From positions 4,887,220-4,951,219 of the forward strand of contig MU054323.1 in NCBI GenBank assembly GCA_013239625.1: a DNA stretch of 64,000 nucleotides. The letters are read 5' to 3'. Under the pieces are notes generated by a model that worked only from the letters and a program-made list of their open reading frames with translations, ran no database searches and had not been told where the DNA came from. Source of the stretch: Lama guanicoe. Taxonomy: Eukaryota. Below, in pieces: positions 1 to 12,460 of the stretch (position 1 is the first letter of the stretch; each line of letters begins with the position of its first letter). Both the position numbers and the translations under genes were made by a program.

Positions 1-105
1 TGAGATAAAACTAGAGAACTTCATAGAGTGTCTTGGAGTGGGGAAATCATTATTAATCAAGCTTATTTGTTATTCACAGTCTCATCGAAACATTAGAAAT
101 GTAGA

Positions 106-190
106 TAGCAAAATTCATCAAATTGTAAATCTCAAACGTGTAGTTTACTGTACAGGAATCATGCCACAATAAAGGTGTTTTAAAAAAAAA
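106..190 (+). mobile_element. Short 5'-truncated L1 3' end
   Basis: L1M-like terminus with AATAAA and an A-tail, flanked by the direct repeat aaatgtaga (97-105, 192-200). Confidence 0.6.
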
Positions 191-269
191 TAAATGTAGA
201 CAGACATAATATCATAAATTATACAGCTGGCCTGGGAGACAATTGAGTCAGCTTCATAGTAAGTGTAAG

Positions 270-410
270 CTTGGGGTCCAGCTGAATCATCTTAATATGA
301 ACCTTCTTCTCTTCATTTGTAAAATGGAGATAATAATTCCTATTAAACTTCATTTCAGTGTTGTTGTAGGAATCAAATGAAAACACATTAAAAAGTAAAT
401 TGAAATGTGA
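270..410 (+). mobile_element. MIR SINE fragment
   Basis: MIR core-like ttcatttgtaaaatggagataataat...gttgttgtaggaatcaaatga. Confidence 0.65.
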
Positions 411-529
411 AAAGCATAACCAAATGGCAATTCAATACTATTAGATTCTGAAATTTGTCATGATAAAAGGGGGATGTGTATTACCCGGAAAAGCAGTCTT
501 CCTTTTGGAAAATGAACCAGTCTTCAGTC

Positions 530-762
530 AGAGGCTTGCATGTTGTGGGTCCACTGAGTTGAAATCCGAGTCAATGATAAATACATTCTGAAACGCATTT
601 AATAGTTGCGTGACCGTGGCAGTTTTGTAGCCACTCATAGCCTCTGTAGTTTTTACCCATAAATGATAATATGAGTACGTATTTTATAAAATGGCTGTAA
701 GAATTAAACGAACTAACATGTGCCTGACACATTACCTGGCACAACAGTGCTCAAATAATGGT
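530..762 (+). mobile_element. MIR SINE
   Basis: gtgacc...ggctgtaagaattaaacga...cctggcaca...gtgctcaaataatgg resembles the MIR 3' part. Confidence 0.65.
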
Positions 763-1121
763 TTTATCATACGTCAATTCGGCTGCAGGGAGGGGACCAT
801 ATAACTTTTAGAATTCTACACTGAAAGGAAAGCACATTAATCTCTCAAAAGTAGCTGATTGCTTATTGGTTTAAGACACAGTTAAGACTTTCAGCTCCGT
901 AATTGTTGGGTTTAGTCTACTGTGCTCACTTTTCCATCCAACACACTCACCTGATGACTACTGCCTGAATACAGTCGCTTTCTGTTTGCTTGTTTTAGGC
1001 ACTGAGAATATAAAATTTAATAAAAAATTGATCCATAACCTTGGAAGGGTTTGGCGAAAATGCTGGCCGGATCTGAATTAGGCATTTGATTGTTTAACTA
1101 TTTTATAGTTCTTAATATCTA

Positions 1122-2600
1122 TTTTTAAAAATTGAGATATAATTATCATACTGTAGTGGGTTGAATAGTGTCTCCCTAAATTCACATCCACTCCAACCCC
1201 AGAATGTGATCTTACTTGGAAATAAGGCATTTGCAGATTTTAACAAATATCTCAAGATAAAATAATCCTGGATTTAGGCTGGGCCCTAAATTCAATGATG
1301 ATGGCTTTATAACAGAAAGGAGAGGGAGATTTGACACATACATGGACATACAGGGAAGAAGGTGGCAAAGGTTAGAGTGATGCTACCATAATCAGAGAAA
1401 CACCAGAGCCACCAGAAGCTGGAAGGAGTCTCCCGTAGAGCCTTCGGGGGAGGATGGCCCTACCAGCACTTTGATTTTGGACTTTCTGCCTCCAGAATTG
1501 TGAGAAAATAAGTTTCTGTTGTTGTGGCTGTTCATAGCATCCCTGGTAAATAAATACGCATACCAAAAAAAAAATACCCATTTAAAGTGTACAATTTAGA
1601 ACATTTTGGTGTATTCACAAATTTATGCAAAAATTTTTATCACCGCAAAAGAAACCCTGTATCCAACAGCAGCCATTCCCTATTTCCCCCTCCCCCAGCC
1701 CCTGGAAACCACTAATCTAGTTTCTGTCTGTATGGATTTGTCCAGGCTGGATATTTCATATAAATGGAATCATTTGTATATATGGATATGCCATATTTTG
1801 TCTATCTATTCACCAGTTGATGAACATTTGGATTGTTTTCATATTTATGAAAATTGCTACTTATGAACATTTGTGTGCAAATTCTGTGTAGAAGTGTGTT
1901 TTCAGTTCTTTTGAGCATATGCTCAATAGTGGAATTGCTGGATCATATGGTAACTCTGTGTTTAAATTTTTGAAGGATCGCCAAACTTTCCAATGTGGCT
2001 GAACCGTGTTTTATTACCACCAATATTGCATGAGCCTTCAATTTGACCACATCCTTATCAACACCCTTGTTATTTTCCATCTATTGATTACAGCCATTCT
2101 ACAGGTATGAAGTAGTATCTTATTGTGGTTTTGATTTGAATTTCCCTAATGACTAATGCTGTTTTTTCCCTGTGCTTAATGGTTATGTGCCTTTTTTGGA
2201 GGAAAAAAATCTATTAAAGCCCTTTACTCAGTTTTAAATTGGATTATTTGTCTTTTAATGTTGAGCTATAAGAGTTCTTTTCATATTCTTTCCATATTCT
2301 GAATACTGGACCTAAATCAGTTTTATGATTTGCAAATATTTTATCACATTTTCTGGTCTTTTCCCTTCCTTTTTGTGTCTTTTGACACAAAAGAAGTTTT
2401 TAATGTTGATGAAGTCCAATTTTTCTATTTTTCCTCTGGTTATTTGTGATTAAATCTAAATATAAGATAGTGCCATATCATTTGTTGAAAAGATTTTTCT
2501 TTCTTCAATGAATTGTCTTGCACCTCTGTTGAAAATAAATTGATCATCGATGTATGGGTTTAATTCTGGACTCTCAGTTCTATTCCACTGATATACTTTT
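1122..2600 (-). mobile_element. Old L1 (L1MB/MC-like) 3' region, interrupted by an MLT1 LTR
   Basis: Antisense L1 3' UTR and ORF2 end: ttgagatataatt...cccatttaaagtgtacaatt, ggaattgctggatcatatggtaactc, gttgatgaagtccaattt. Confidence 0.85.
1152..1558 (+). mobile_element. MaLR solo LTR (MLT1A/B-like)
   Basis: Starts tgtagtgggttgaatagtgtctccc, contains gccaccagaagctggaag and ttctgcctccagaattgtgagaaaataagtttctgttg; 5-bp TSD catac at 1147-1151 and 1559-1563. Confidence 0.9.
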
Positions 2601-2689
2601 CTCACAAAGAAGCAAACTGATCTTTACATTGCAAATCCAATCACCCTATTCACACATTTAAATTAATTTTGTGATTTCAAATTTTCCTT

Positions 2690-3140
2690 AGGGCAAAGCC
2701 CTATATGTCATGGCCTCTGTCTTGTTCTTCAATCATGCCTTGCACAATTCTCTTCCTTCCAAATGACATTACCCTTCAGTTAACCCCAGATGCACCCAAC
2801 TTGCTCCTGCATCAGGCATTCACATCTGCCATTCCCTCTTTCGTGACCACACTTTGTTATCAGAGGCCCCTTTCTCCTCCTCTTTATTTTATTAAGTTTA
2901 AATACTACTTCTTTGAAGGATAATATTTGATTACTCATATTTATTTATTTTCCCCTAGAACTCTATGATTTTCCAGCACAAACCACATCTGTAATTTATT
3001 TATTGTGGGTCTGTCTTCTATCTTACTAATCCACTATGGAAAGAGATCTACTGTGCTTTGTTTACCACTATAAACCCCCTTTTCAGTGGCAAGCCTAGCA
3101 CATAGGAATTATTAGTTAGATGAACAAATAAATGAATGGA
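2690..3140 (+). mobile_element. L2 LINE 3' end
   Basis: Degenerate L2 body ending cctagcacatagg...atgaacaaataaatgaatgg. Confidence 0.7.
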
Positions 3141-3599
3141 TCAACTGCTGCACATCCAGACCTGGAATGTTTGGTATCAGTGGAATTGGATCCCCAAACA
3201 TACTGCTACAAATTTTTTTAACGTGAAACTGACTGAAACAATGTCAACTAAGAAGTAGCATAATTTCTTATGTTTATCTGGCATGGTATGAGTTATGACT
3301 ACTCCAAAATGAAAATAACATTGACCGACATGGGATTTTACATCCGAATGAGATGTTTTCCCTTGAAGGAGCCATCATTTTTGTATATTGTGCTTCCAGT
3401 TATGGTGTAATTGTCTAATTGGTAACTCCTGCTTTTGTTGATGGCAAAGCAAATTTACAAGACAAAAAAAATAAAAGCCTCATTATTTCATTTTCATTTT
3501 GGATTTCAGTCTCAAAATAAAAACTTTCCAGCTCAGGTAAGGCATGAGTATCTACTCTGATTGCACCGTTCCTTTGCAATCTCCTCCTGACACAGTTCT

Positions 3600-5200
3600 T
3601 CATTCACAGATGATCAGACAGATAACTAGAAGTTATTAAGCATTTGAGAAGAGAAAAATGAAGTAAATTTGAAAGAAAATGCCAACAATGAAAGAATAAA
3701 CAATGACCCCTGAGGAAAATAGACAAATCAGTAAACAGAAGCAAGCGTAACAAAACGTATTCATAAAACAAGACCAGACTGTTTTAAATAGAGCAACTGG
3801 ACAATAAAAATACATATGTCTGCATACATTTTCATATATAAAATTATATAATGTGTTGATATTTATCAACTACAAAATACATACTTGATAAATTGCTTAT
3901 GGTTTTTTTTGAAAGTAAATAATATGAATTACCAAATGGACTTGGATTAAAAAAACAAGATGACTATCTGCAAATATAGTTGAAACACATGGTTGGAATA
4001 TAGCTAAACAAAGAACACAGCAGTGAAAGAGGAGTGAAAGGTAAGCCCACTGAAAAGGAAGCCACAGATTTTCAGCTTCTGCCCAGTAAGAGGTCCAGGA
4101 TGAGAAAGCAGAAACAATGGAAGGAAGGAAATAATCAGAGAAACAATAGATCTAAGGGAAAGCAGGGCCAGATTTGAAACGTCTGTCCAGGTTATATGAA
4201 ACAGAACTAATGAAAAAAATTAAACCTGGACATGCATTCATGATTGTTTACAACTATAAGGATAAAGAGAACATTACAAAATTATTCCAAAGTAAAATAT
4301 GTTCCTTATTCCAGATAATGAGAGTTCTTACCAGGAATATTGCATCTGTATAAAAATGATCTATCGTCACAATCTTGATAAAAAAAACATTTTCCAGTGA
4401 CTTGGAGATCGAGTCAAATCATGAATAGGCATAGGATATTGGGAACAAATGCAAAAGAAGCCTGTCCACATGGGTAAAACAAAGATTGGTAACTGAACCT
4501 GATCTGGAAATGAGATAGTTTGTCAGTTATTGACCCCTGGTAGATTCTTCTTTAAGCAGTAACATTTAATAACAGTAGGTTACATTTTCTTCTCCAAAGA
4601 GCCACTCATTCTATTTACTTCCATACTGAATTGTGCTTGAAGTTTTATAATGATATTAGTCATCACGTTTTAAAATCAAATTATAGACACAATTTAAAAA
4701 ATCCAATTATAGATGCGGGATGGAATGCAATATTATTACTCAATGCAAATTAACAAAATGGCCAAGATAAATGGAACAGGAGTAGTAGGAATGTTAATAA
4801 AGAAAAAATAAGTGCCCTAATTCTACATCTTTCATTAAAGAAAGAACAACAGGTTCTGTCTAAAATGGATGCATCAGGGAATTGGTAATTTAAACTTATT
4901 ATTTATTAATGATGTCATTCAAGAGAGAAATGAAATACTTGCTCACTCACTCATATATACTACAATTAGACAGTAAAGTTGGGGAGGGTAGGTGTTTGAT
5001 GGTGTAAATATAAAACATCTCTAATTTTCATGTTATTTCAAAATCTGTTGATGATATATCACAGATCTATGAGTTCACTATTTAAGGAAAAAAGATAACC
5101 ACATAAAACAAGACAATGAGCTTATAACAGTATTTGTCTCTAAGAAGTAAAACTAAGCTTGGATAGGGGAAGGAAGCTCTTAACTTTCTTTAAAAATTAA
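3600..5200 (+). mobile_element. Highly decayed L1 ORF1-like region (L1ME or HAL1)
   Basis: A-rich strand with ORF1-like segments, e.g. aatggaaggaaggaaataatcagagaaacaatag and aaggataaagagaacattac. Confidence 0.5.
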
Positions 5201-5204
5201 TTAA

Positions 5205-5253
5205 TCTATCTATCATCTATCTATCTATCTATCTATCTATCTACCTACCTATC
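5205..5253. repeat. (TCTA)n microsatellite
   Basis: Tandem tcta/ccta units seen directly. Confidence 0.95.
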
Positions 5254-6523
5254 TTTGATGTGTGGATTTTTTTTATCCAAAGGCATAAATTAGCTCTATA
5301 AATAATAAACTACCAGGTGAATAGATAATTTTAAAATGTATGTACCCTGACCTAATATCTTCATTTATTCACCATAATTTGAGTTAAGAATCAGGACTGG
5401 TTTTCACAAATCTCTCCTCAAAGGACAAAAACTCAGCATTGGAGAATATGAAACATATTGTCAATGCCAGGACCCTTCCCGGTAGTGGTCTCTTACAGTC
5501 TTGAGGACAGCGTAGATTTAGGTTACAAAATCTTTAAACAGTACTAATTAATATCACAGTGCTAGTGGTACCTCAGTGGAGTTCACACTTTTCAACCAAC
5601 TCTAAAATGACCCACATAGAGAACGCCAGTTTCCACATTTAAATGTCTTCTTCCATTTTCAGTCTTCTCACAACTGTGCCTTCTGTTCTCAAGAACATTC
5701 AAGCAACCATGAGTTCATAACTAGAGGGTTTTGATGTTTATTGTTCCCAAAGATTCTACGTCTTCCTTTTACATTCCATAAAGTCACTGCATTCTGTACT
5801 TCCCTTTGCTCCATCACTTTATGTGTCAAACAGAAGGCTATCATAGATAAGCCAATCAGAACGAAAGGACAATCTGCATAAAAGCTGAGAAGCATTTAGC
5901 CTCAAGGAAGAAATGATCCATCTCTCGTACCCACATAGAGAAAACGACAGAGGTTAGTACAATGTAAATCAAGATGTTTTTCTGTTTCTCCAGGTTCCAG
6001 AACTGTCTACTTGAACAGTAGACTTAATGTGATTAATATTAAGTCATTGGAGCATTTGTATATCCAATGCTTACCCTTTAATATTAACAGAAAGTACTCA
6101 TGTTTTTTTTTTGAGAATATAAGCTTTATATTCTCAGTGTGTAAAAGCAGTGTGTGCTGGACTGTTTGACTCCAAAGAGAGTTCTCAGACTAAGCATATT
6201 AGAAGGCAGCAGCCTCCTTACAGGACTGCTTTCTAGAGCACACCACTCATTAGATGGGTAAACACTGGACTGTTAAATACCAGATACAGTGATAGTCACA
6301 CATAGGGATTTCAGTGTCCTTTGAAGGATGAGCCCATTTCATTAAATGTTAAATGAACAACCAGAAATAAAGGGGCATCTCATTATGTATCTGTCACCAA
6401 ATTTGTTTTTCCATTGTATCCGCTAAGCACATTTCCATTCTGGCACCAGAGGTGGAGAGATTACAACTGTTGGGTACACCTTGCTTAAGTGCTAGCTGGT
6501 AAGATAGTTAAATCTATCACATT

Positions 6524-6561
6524 TTGGAAGACAGCCATGCTAACCACTATACCACCAACAC
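6524..6561 (-). pseudogene. 5'-half tRNA-Gly(TCC) tailless retropseudogene
   Basis: Reverse complement GTGTTGGTGGTATAGTGGTTAGCATGGCTGTCTTCCAA differs at 3 of 38 positions from the mammalian tRNA-Gly-TCC 5' half as I recall it; 18-bp TSD with one mismatch at 6511-6528 and 6563-6580. Confidence 0.9.
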
Positions 6562-9179
6562 GAATATATCACATTTTGGATTTTAAAATGTAATGTGTAT
6601 AAATAAAGGTTTTATAGACTTCAAGGAACTGACACATTAGGCAAGTCTTCAACATCAGAACCAAGTTTATTCCACTTTGCATGCTTGTGCATGTAAGTAG
6701 TTTAAAATCAAATGCAGAAATATTACTTAGTAAATAGAATTATGAAAATGACTGTGTTCTTTCTAAGTCAGGACCAACCCTTCTCACCTTTCGTTTCTCT
6801 ATTATTCCTACCCCATCAGATGCCAGGACCTGAAATAGCCTAGAGCACTTCCTGTGACAAAATCAAACTCTCTAGCTAATAGAGCCTGTACTGCATATTA
6901 ATTCCATGCATTATACAACCCTAAGTACCAGCAAGACTAGATTCCAAATCTTTACTTTGGAAATTGAAAAGATGAGACACAGAAAGTAAATACACGTGGA
7001 AAGGACCACACAGAACACAGAAAACAGGCCCAGGGATCTGAGGAGTTTTTAAGATCAGCCTGGGATGAAAGGGAGATACTGGTTTGAGAGACCTCATACC
7101 TCAAGTGCAATGATCCACAGCATATAGCAATTGCCCTTTATCTATCACTTTTAGTTTGGATGGCATCCATCTCCAGTTTCAATTCTGTATCTAGTGACAT
7201 TGAGCTTTAGAATATCATATTAGGATGGAAAATATTCTGGTCTCAAGGGCATGTTCCATAATTCCCACACGCATATCCTTCTAAAGCCACTGGAGCCTGC
7301 GGCTGTGATCACTGTTTCCTCGTTCCTTGCCCTGATACTGTGTGATCCTTTAGCTGATGTTTTTTAAATGCTGTATTGTAATCAAGATCCTTCCCTGGTT
7401 TTACTGGAGAATACTATTTTGGGAAAGAATATATGCAGTGGGGGCGGTTGGCTTCTGGAATAATGCCAAACATTACAAGATTAAGGATATAGTGAATATC
7501 TTTTGTTCTAGGGAGAACCCCCAACTCATTACTCAAGACCAACAGCATCCTAATTTTCATGCTGCTACCAAATGTGAGGATGTATACCATATTTGGGTCG
7601 CCTTCCACGAGATACATATGTGAACTGTATCCTTTAATGCCTCACAACTAACTCGGCTGATACCAAAATAAAGCCAAATCATCTTCTCTTAGTGTATGCT
7701 TCTGAAGTGGTCAGAACTTGATCTGCAGACATTCTTGAGACTTCACATGAAAGGAGACCACCACAAAATACAATAATCGTGGTGCATGTTTAAGATACTT
7801 AGTTTCCTTCTGTTTTCTCTAAAATGACCCACACTGAGAAAATTGCTTAACATGCACAAGGTAAGTCCCATTTTATAAGCTACTAATGGAGAAGCTGCAG
7901 TAACTAATTAGCTCCAACCAGTTCAAGTCAAACTGTTATTAACAAAATCTGAAAGTTAAATAGAGGTTCATTATTCCCCTAGTCATTGGCTTCCCCTCCC
8001 TGGGGAGTGTTTAACTTGTAGCCACGGTTTTGGCTTTGCTTGATTAAATCTCATTATGAGAATGGAATAAGCACTTGTGCCCAAGTCTGAAGGAACCCAG
8101 AGGTGTGCCAAGCCATCCATTAGGCTGGAGACGGTCAGAAATCAGCATGGCAGACACTTCCCTTCCAGTTCAACCTGGAACATGGTGAAAAATATCATTC
8201 CAAGGCTTCTGCTTTTCCTTATGGGGTCCTTTTACACTTTGCTGAAAAGTGGTCCATCTGTATCTTTTAACACAAGAAAAGCATGGTTAAATAGCTGTGT
8301 TACTGTCTACTCTTCTAGGAACCCTTCAAGGGAGCACAGGGGACACTGCATGTCCAACAGACAGTGTGGGACAGTTGTCAGTACATAAAGAGGGAACCAA
8401 GATAGTGTTTCAGTCCGTTCTCCAAAGAGAGCAAAGGCTGAGGCAGGCCTAGAGCTTAACCATCAGGGATGAGCCCAGGAAGCAAGAACAGCCTTGCAGA
8501 AGTTAACCCATAACCTGCCTTTAACCCTCCTCCTGCTTATAACACTAACTCTGTTTGTCACACCCAGCAGTAAAAGATAAGAGATTTACAGACAGAACCT
8601 CTGTATGGGTCCATAGGCACTTTTATCCTCTCTCTACCTTCAGCTGGGAGGGATGTGTTGATACATATAATAAAACTTTATATACATGTGAAATTTGTTT
8701 GATATCTACCAGTGGACTAAAATAGCATTTATAACTTGTGGTTTATTACATTTGATTAGATCACATATGATTTAGGTATTCGAATTTGTAGATTAAGGGT
8801 AAAGCCATGCTTTGCTGGAAAAAAAAAATCTCATAGATTCTAGAGTTGGTGCCTGAAGAATAGCACTTAAATTTTGGCTCTTTCTCCCAATTCCTTGGGT
8901 AAATCACCTGTGACTGGCAGGACCATCCCCATTTGCAGTCCCAATTGTGCATCTCTAACTATGGAGCAAACACAGGTAAGCAGGTGTCTTTGCTGCAGAA
9001 CAGTTTAGAATTTAAAATTGTACGTTAAAATAAGATTTAAAATGTAATCTTCACACAGATTGTTCAAAAAGGGAAGAGAATATACAGCACATCTCAAAGC
9101 TATTTTCTTTTTAAACCACAAACCTATGTTTCTTCATACACAGGAATTCCATGGCACAGTTTGGAAAAATATTGGCTAA

Positions 9180-9394
9180 CCCTTCTCAATCTGGCATGAC
9201 CAACATTTTCAATCAGATAGTTCTTTATTATAGGCAACATTCAGCACATTATAGAAGGCATAGCAGGAACTCTGGCCTCTACCCACTAAATGCTAATGGC
9301 AACCCTCCCACTCCCGATCATGACAATAAAAATATGTCTCCAAACATTTCCAGAGGCCCCCAAGGGGCAAAACTGCCACTGATACAGAACCACT
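9180..9394 (+). mobile_element. MER20 (hAT-Charlie MITE)
   Basis: ctggcctctacccactaaatgc...aaaaatatgtctccaaacatt...gaaccactg. Confidence 0.85.
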
Positions 9395-9479
9395 GGACGA
9401 ATCAACTTTCAGGTGCTCTTGGAGCCAGCCTGTGACAGTTCCCTGTTCAGGAAAAAAATGTCCTACAGACCACTGGGAG

Positions 9480-9720
9480 GCTGTATATGGTAGTCAACAA
9501 CAGTCCAGGATCTAAAGGTAAAGTTTGAGGGTTTAAAGCCAAGGTCTACCACATGTGTTGAGTACCATGGGACTGACCACATGGGAGCTTTACTTTTTGC
9601 ATCTGCAAAATGGTGGTAATAATAACAGTACTTATTTCATGTAGTTGTTATAAGGCTTAAATAAAATTGGGTTTAAAAATTACTTAGTACAACTTCCAGA
9701 AAAAGTAAAGGATGTGACAC
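9480..9720 (+). mobile_element. MIR SINE
   Basis: catctgcaaaatggtggtaataataacagtacttatttcatgtagttgttataagg. Confidence 0.7.
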
Positions 9721-11199
9721 ATATCAGCTCTAATATTCTCTCTGGAATTCATTCTCTGTTAACCTTAATCCATTTCATTGTTAATTATGTCTAAAAGTCA
9801 CTTGCATTCTTAGAAACAGGTTACATCCCAAATAATTTCCTTTTTCCTATCAATTATATATTTTTTTCCCTTAAAGTTCATTTATCAAACAACTTTTTGT
9901 TTGAATCTTCTTTGTTGCCCGTCTATAGCAGCTTAGTGATGGGGTTCTGATTCACTTGGAGTCATGGAAAAATACCTTGTTCTCAAGTTACTGGTTCTGG
10001 AAATTTCACTCTAACCCTTCCAAACACAGACAGCACAGGTTCAGTGCAAACTGACCATGAATGTCTAAAAATACAATAATGACACAAAATAAGACGATCT
10101 AAATTCTGTTTTCCTTGAAAACAACAAAAAAAAATTTTCTTGATTTTGAACTCAGTTTGTCAGCAACTAAGAGAACTAATTTAGTTCTACATTTTTCCTC
10201 TCAGAAATTTTGCAAAAAACAACTACTTTAAATGACGCCATCTCTAGGTGTCTACGCAATGAAGCAATGATTGATTTTTGATTCATTTCTGATAAGGCTA
10301 CTTTTGGTCAATTACTGACCATGCCAGGTGTGCTCAGGGTTCTTTTAGTATATGCCCTGACACCACTACGTGACTTGGCTAATCAATTATTCCAAAGTCT
10401 TTGGCATGCTCCCTGTTTGATGACTGGATCAATATTTCTATGGCTGATATTCGTAACAGATCTCATTCTCTTGGGCACATAGCTTGGCGTTCTGCATTTC
10501 ATGGTCAATTTGCATACAGCTAAAGAAATGTTCCCCCAGCTATCTCTGATCAGTTGAGGAACAGATATATCAAATAACTATAACTATCCTAGAGGAAAAA
10601 CTGATGTAAATCAGTTAAAATGCCTTTCTGGAAGTCTACAGTTTATCATCTAAGTTATGATCCCTTTACATTTTCACTTTGTGCTGAGATACACAGAACA
10701 ATGCCAGATGACACAATGACAAAATAGCATGTTCCCACACTGGAATCTTTAACAGCTCTGAGACTGTGATTCAGATATAGCTTGCACTTGACATTAGCAT
10801 TGACAAAACCCCCAAACTTAGGGCTAAGGTATTCATAAAACTACAATTTCATTCAACTGGCAAAATCCATATTGCTTAACAGAGATTGTCCCACTTAAAA
10901 TCAGAGATGACTAACTCTCTCCATTAATTCTGACAGTTCATCATGAGGGCTGTTCCTACTGATAAGATCTCCTCTTCAGAATTTCCACCTGCCATGAACC
11001 TATTTTAGATTTTTATGGAAAGAACACTGTAATTTTTTTTTTTGGTTTAGAAACCACTGTTAAGCTAAATGATTGTTCACATGTTTGTTTCATTCATATC
11101 TTCATTTGATTATTCATTCAAAAATTCTTTGAATGCTTATTCTCTGATTAAAAGAGATGTACTCTCCTAAACACCTGAATGTTGACTTTGAATAATATT

Positions 11200-11600
11200 C
11201 TAATGCAAGATTAACCCTGGTGTCAGTGGCGTTAATCTGCCCCTATCCAATCCACTTTCCACATAGTAGCCAGAGTAATTTTTAAAAAAATTTTAAACAC
11301 ATAAACATACCAGATCAACCTCATCTTGTTACACTCTCTCCTTGAGTCAATTTCCTGCCTTCATGAATGTTCCATACTGTTCCTAAAATACAAGTTCTCT
11401 TTAACCTGCCTAAGGGCCTTGGTGCTTGCTATTTCTCATCCTGGAACTCCATTCCCTTGTTATTTTGAAGACTCAACCCTTTCCTTCTTAGATAAGTCTA
11501 ACCAGATCCCCCCAAAGAAGGATACCCTCTGATAATATCTACCAAAATTCCAGGAGTAAATCCTTATAGCACTTAACACAGTAACTATTTTATCTATTAT
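11200..11600 (+). mobile_element. L2 fragment
   Basis: ccaatccactttccacatagtagccagagtaatttt...agggccttggtgcttgctattt. Confidence 0.6.
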
Positions 11601-11645
11601 CTATCTATTTATCTATTTACCTACCTACCTACCTACCTACCTATC
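11590..11645. repeat. (TATC)n/(TACC)n simple repeat
   Basis: Seen directly. Confidence 0.85.
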
Positions 11646-12329
11646 TTCTCTCTAATCCACCCCACCTTGTGCTCTCATGCATGTGCACACACACAGTAAA
11701 ATTTAATTCTTTAGGGAAGAGAATTTATTTTGCCTTGGGGAGACAAAGCAGACTTACAGTTAACAACTCCAAAAATTTCACATGGAACAATCAGTTTCTC
11801 CCCTGTCCTCATGAGCATCTGTTTCCCGATCAGGTAAGTTTCTTGCCCAGTGTCTCCTCTCTCTCTTCCCCCTTTTTCCCTACTGGCTCCTTTTTCCCAT
11901 TCGTCTGACAACAAAGAAAAGACAAAATGAAACAAAAACACTTCACTTTCATAAGCAAAACTATTCAGTTCAGTTCTCTACAGCATCTACCTCAGACTTA
12001 GTTTGAAGCTTCCTTTTTCATTTCAAAAGATTTAATTTAAACTTTGAAATAGTTTATGACTTGGCAGAATTCGGACCCTTCTCCAGTCTCCACTTGTGGG
12101 AGGGAGAGGTTCACACCTCCAGTCTTGCTAGCAAGAATGACATATTTCTCTTACAGGATTAGTCTTGAATTTCCAATCACTTTTACTCATTGAACACACA
12201 GTCTGTACTGGATTGGGGCAGTTTTAAAATGACTTCCTTGAGGAGAAAGAAGTCTGATAGTTCTTACTGCAAGTTTGATAGCATTGCATGAAATCAGCTT
12301 GAAACACACATTTAGTTTCAATGACCCAA

Positions 12330-12460
12330 CTCTGACCACAAAGTGTTGTAGAGCAGCATCTTATTTAATGATCACAACAACTCCTTATAGGAGTGTTGTT
12401 CCTACTTTCAGATGGATTAGGGAGATTAAGTCCCTCTCCAAGTCTTAAATTCACAGCCCA
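12330..12460 (-). mobile_element. MIR fragment
   Basis: atcttatttaatgatcacaacaactcc...actttcagatgg. Confidence 0.5.

Noticed and set aside
7801..7866. Plus-strand donor AAG|gtaagt at 7860
   Set aside because: No convincing paired acceptor or recognisable reading frame
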